A DNA stretch of 64,000 nt from contig NC_045696.1 of NCBI RefSeq assembly GCF_009834535.1, positions 71,364,001-71,428,000 on the forward strand. Direction: 5' to 3'. The notes under the pieces were generated by a model that did no database searches, had not been told where the DNA came from, and saw only the letters and a program-made list of their open reading frames with translations. The DNA is from Camelus ferus (taxonomy: Eukaryota). Made by a program: the position numbers and the translations under genes. Every line of letters starts with the position of its first letter. The stretch's first letter is position 1. Positions 63,917 to 64,000 of the stretch are shown one piece after another.

Positions 63917-64000
63917 CTGAGAAGAATAAATAAAATTAAGGTAGTGAATACACATAGCAGTTTCTAACTATGTGTGTGTGTGTGTGTATATGAATTTATG

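Overview
This is mammalian genomic DNA covering the conserved PARL - MAP6D1 - YEATS2 locus. It is most likely from a camelid, inferred from seven tRNA-Ala-derived vic-1-like SINEs. On the + strand are PARL coding exons 2-10 (mitochondrial rhomboid protease; exon 1 lies upstream of the window) with an AATAAA at 41056, then a CpG island and the complete three-exon MAP6D1 gene (191 aa). On the - strand are the last seven coding exons of YEATS2, converging on MAP6D1. All exons have GT-AG boundaries and join in frame. The introns hold ordinary eutherian repeats (L1, L2, MIR, MaLR/ERV1 LTRs, hAT and Tigger elements), often nested. Most ORFs in the supplied track are spurious. I found no CRISPR array or other prokaryote-type system and cannot support a claim of a wholly new biological system. 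The best unexplained signals are: (1) a ~320-355 bp diverged inverted duplication in PARL intron 7; (2) a candidate alternative last exon of PARL; (3) phase compatibility for a PARL-MAP6D1 read-through fusion; (4) a SINE copy that keeps a near-perfect tRNA-Ala(AGC) cloverleaf; (5) a (TG)51-led alternating purine/pyrimidine tract; (6) several tiny retrotransposition scars with target-site duplications (TSDs). Gene and repeat-family names and human residue numbering come from recalled sequences, not database searches.
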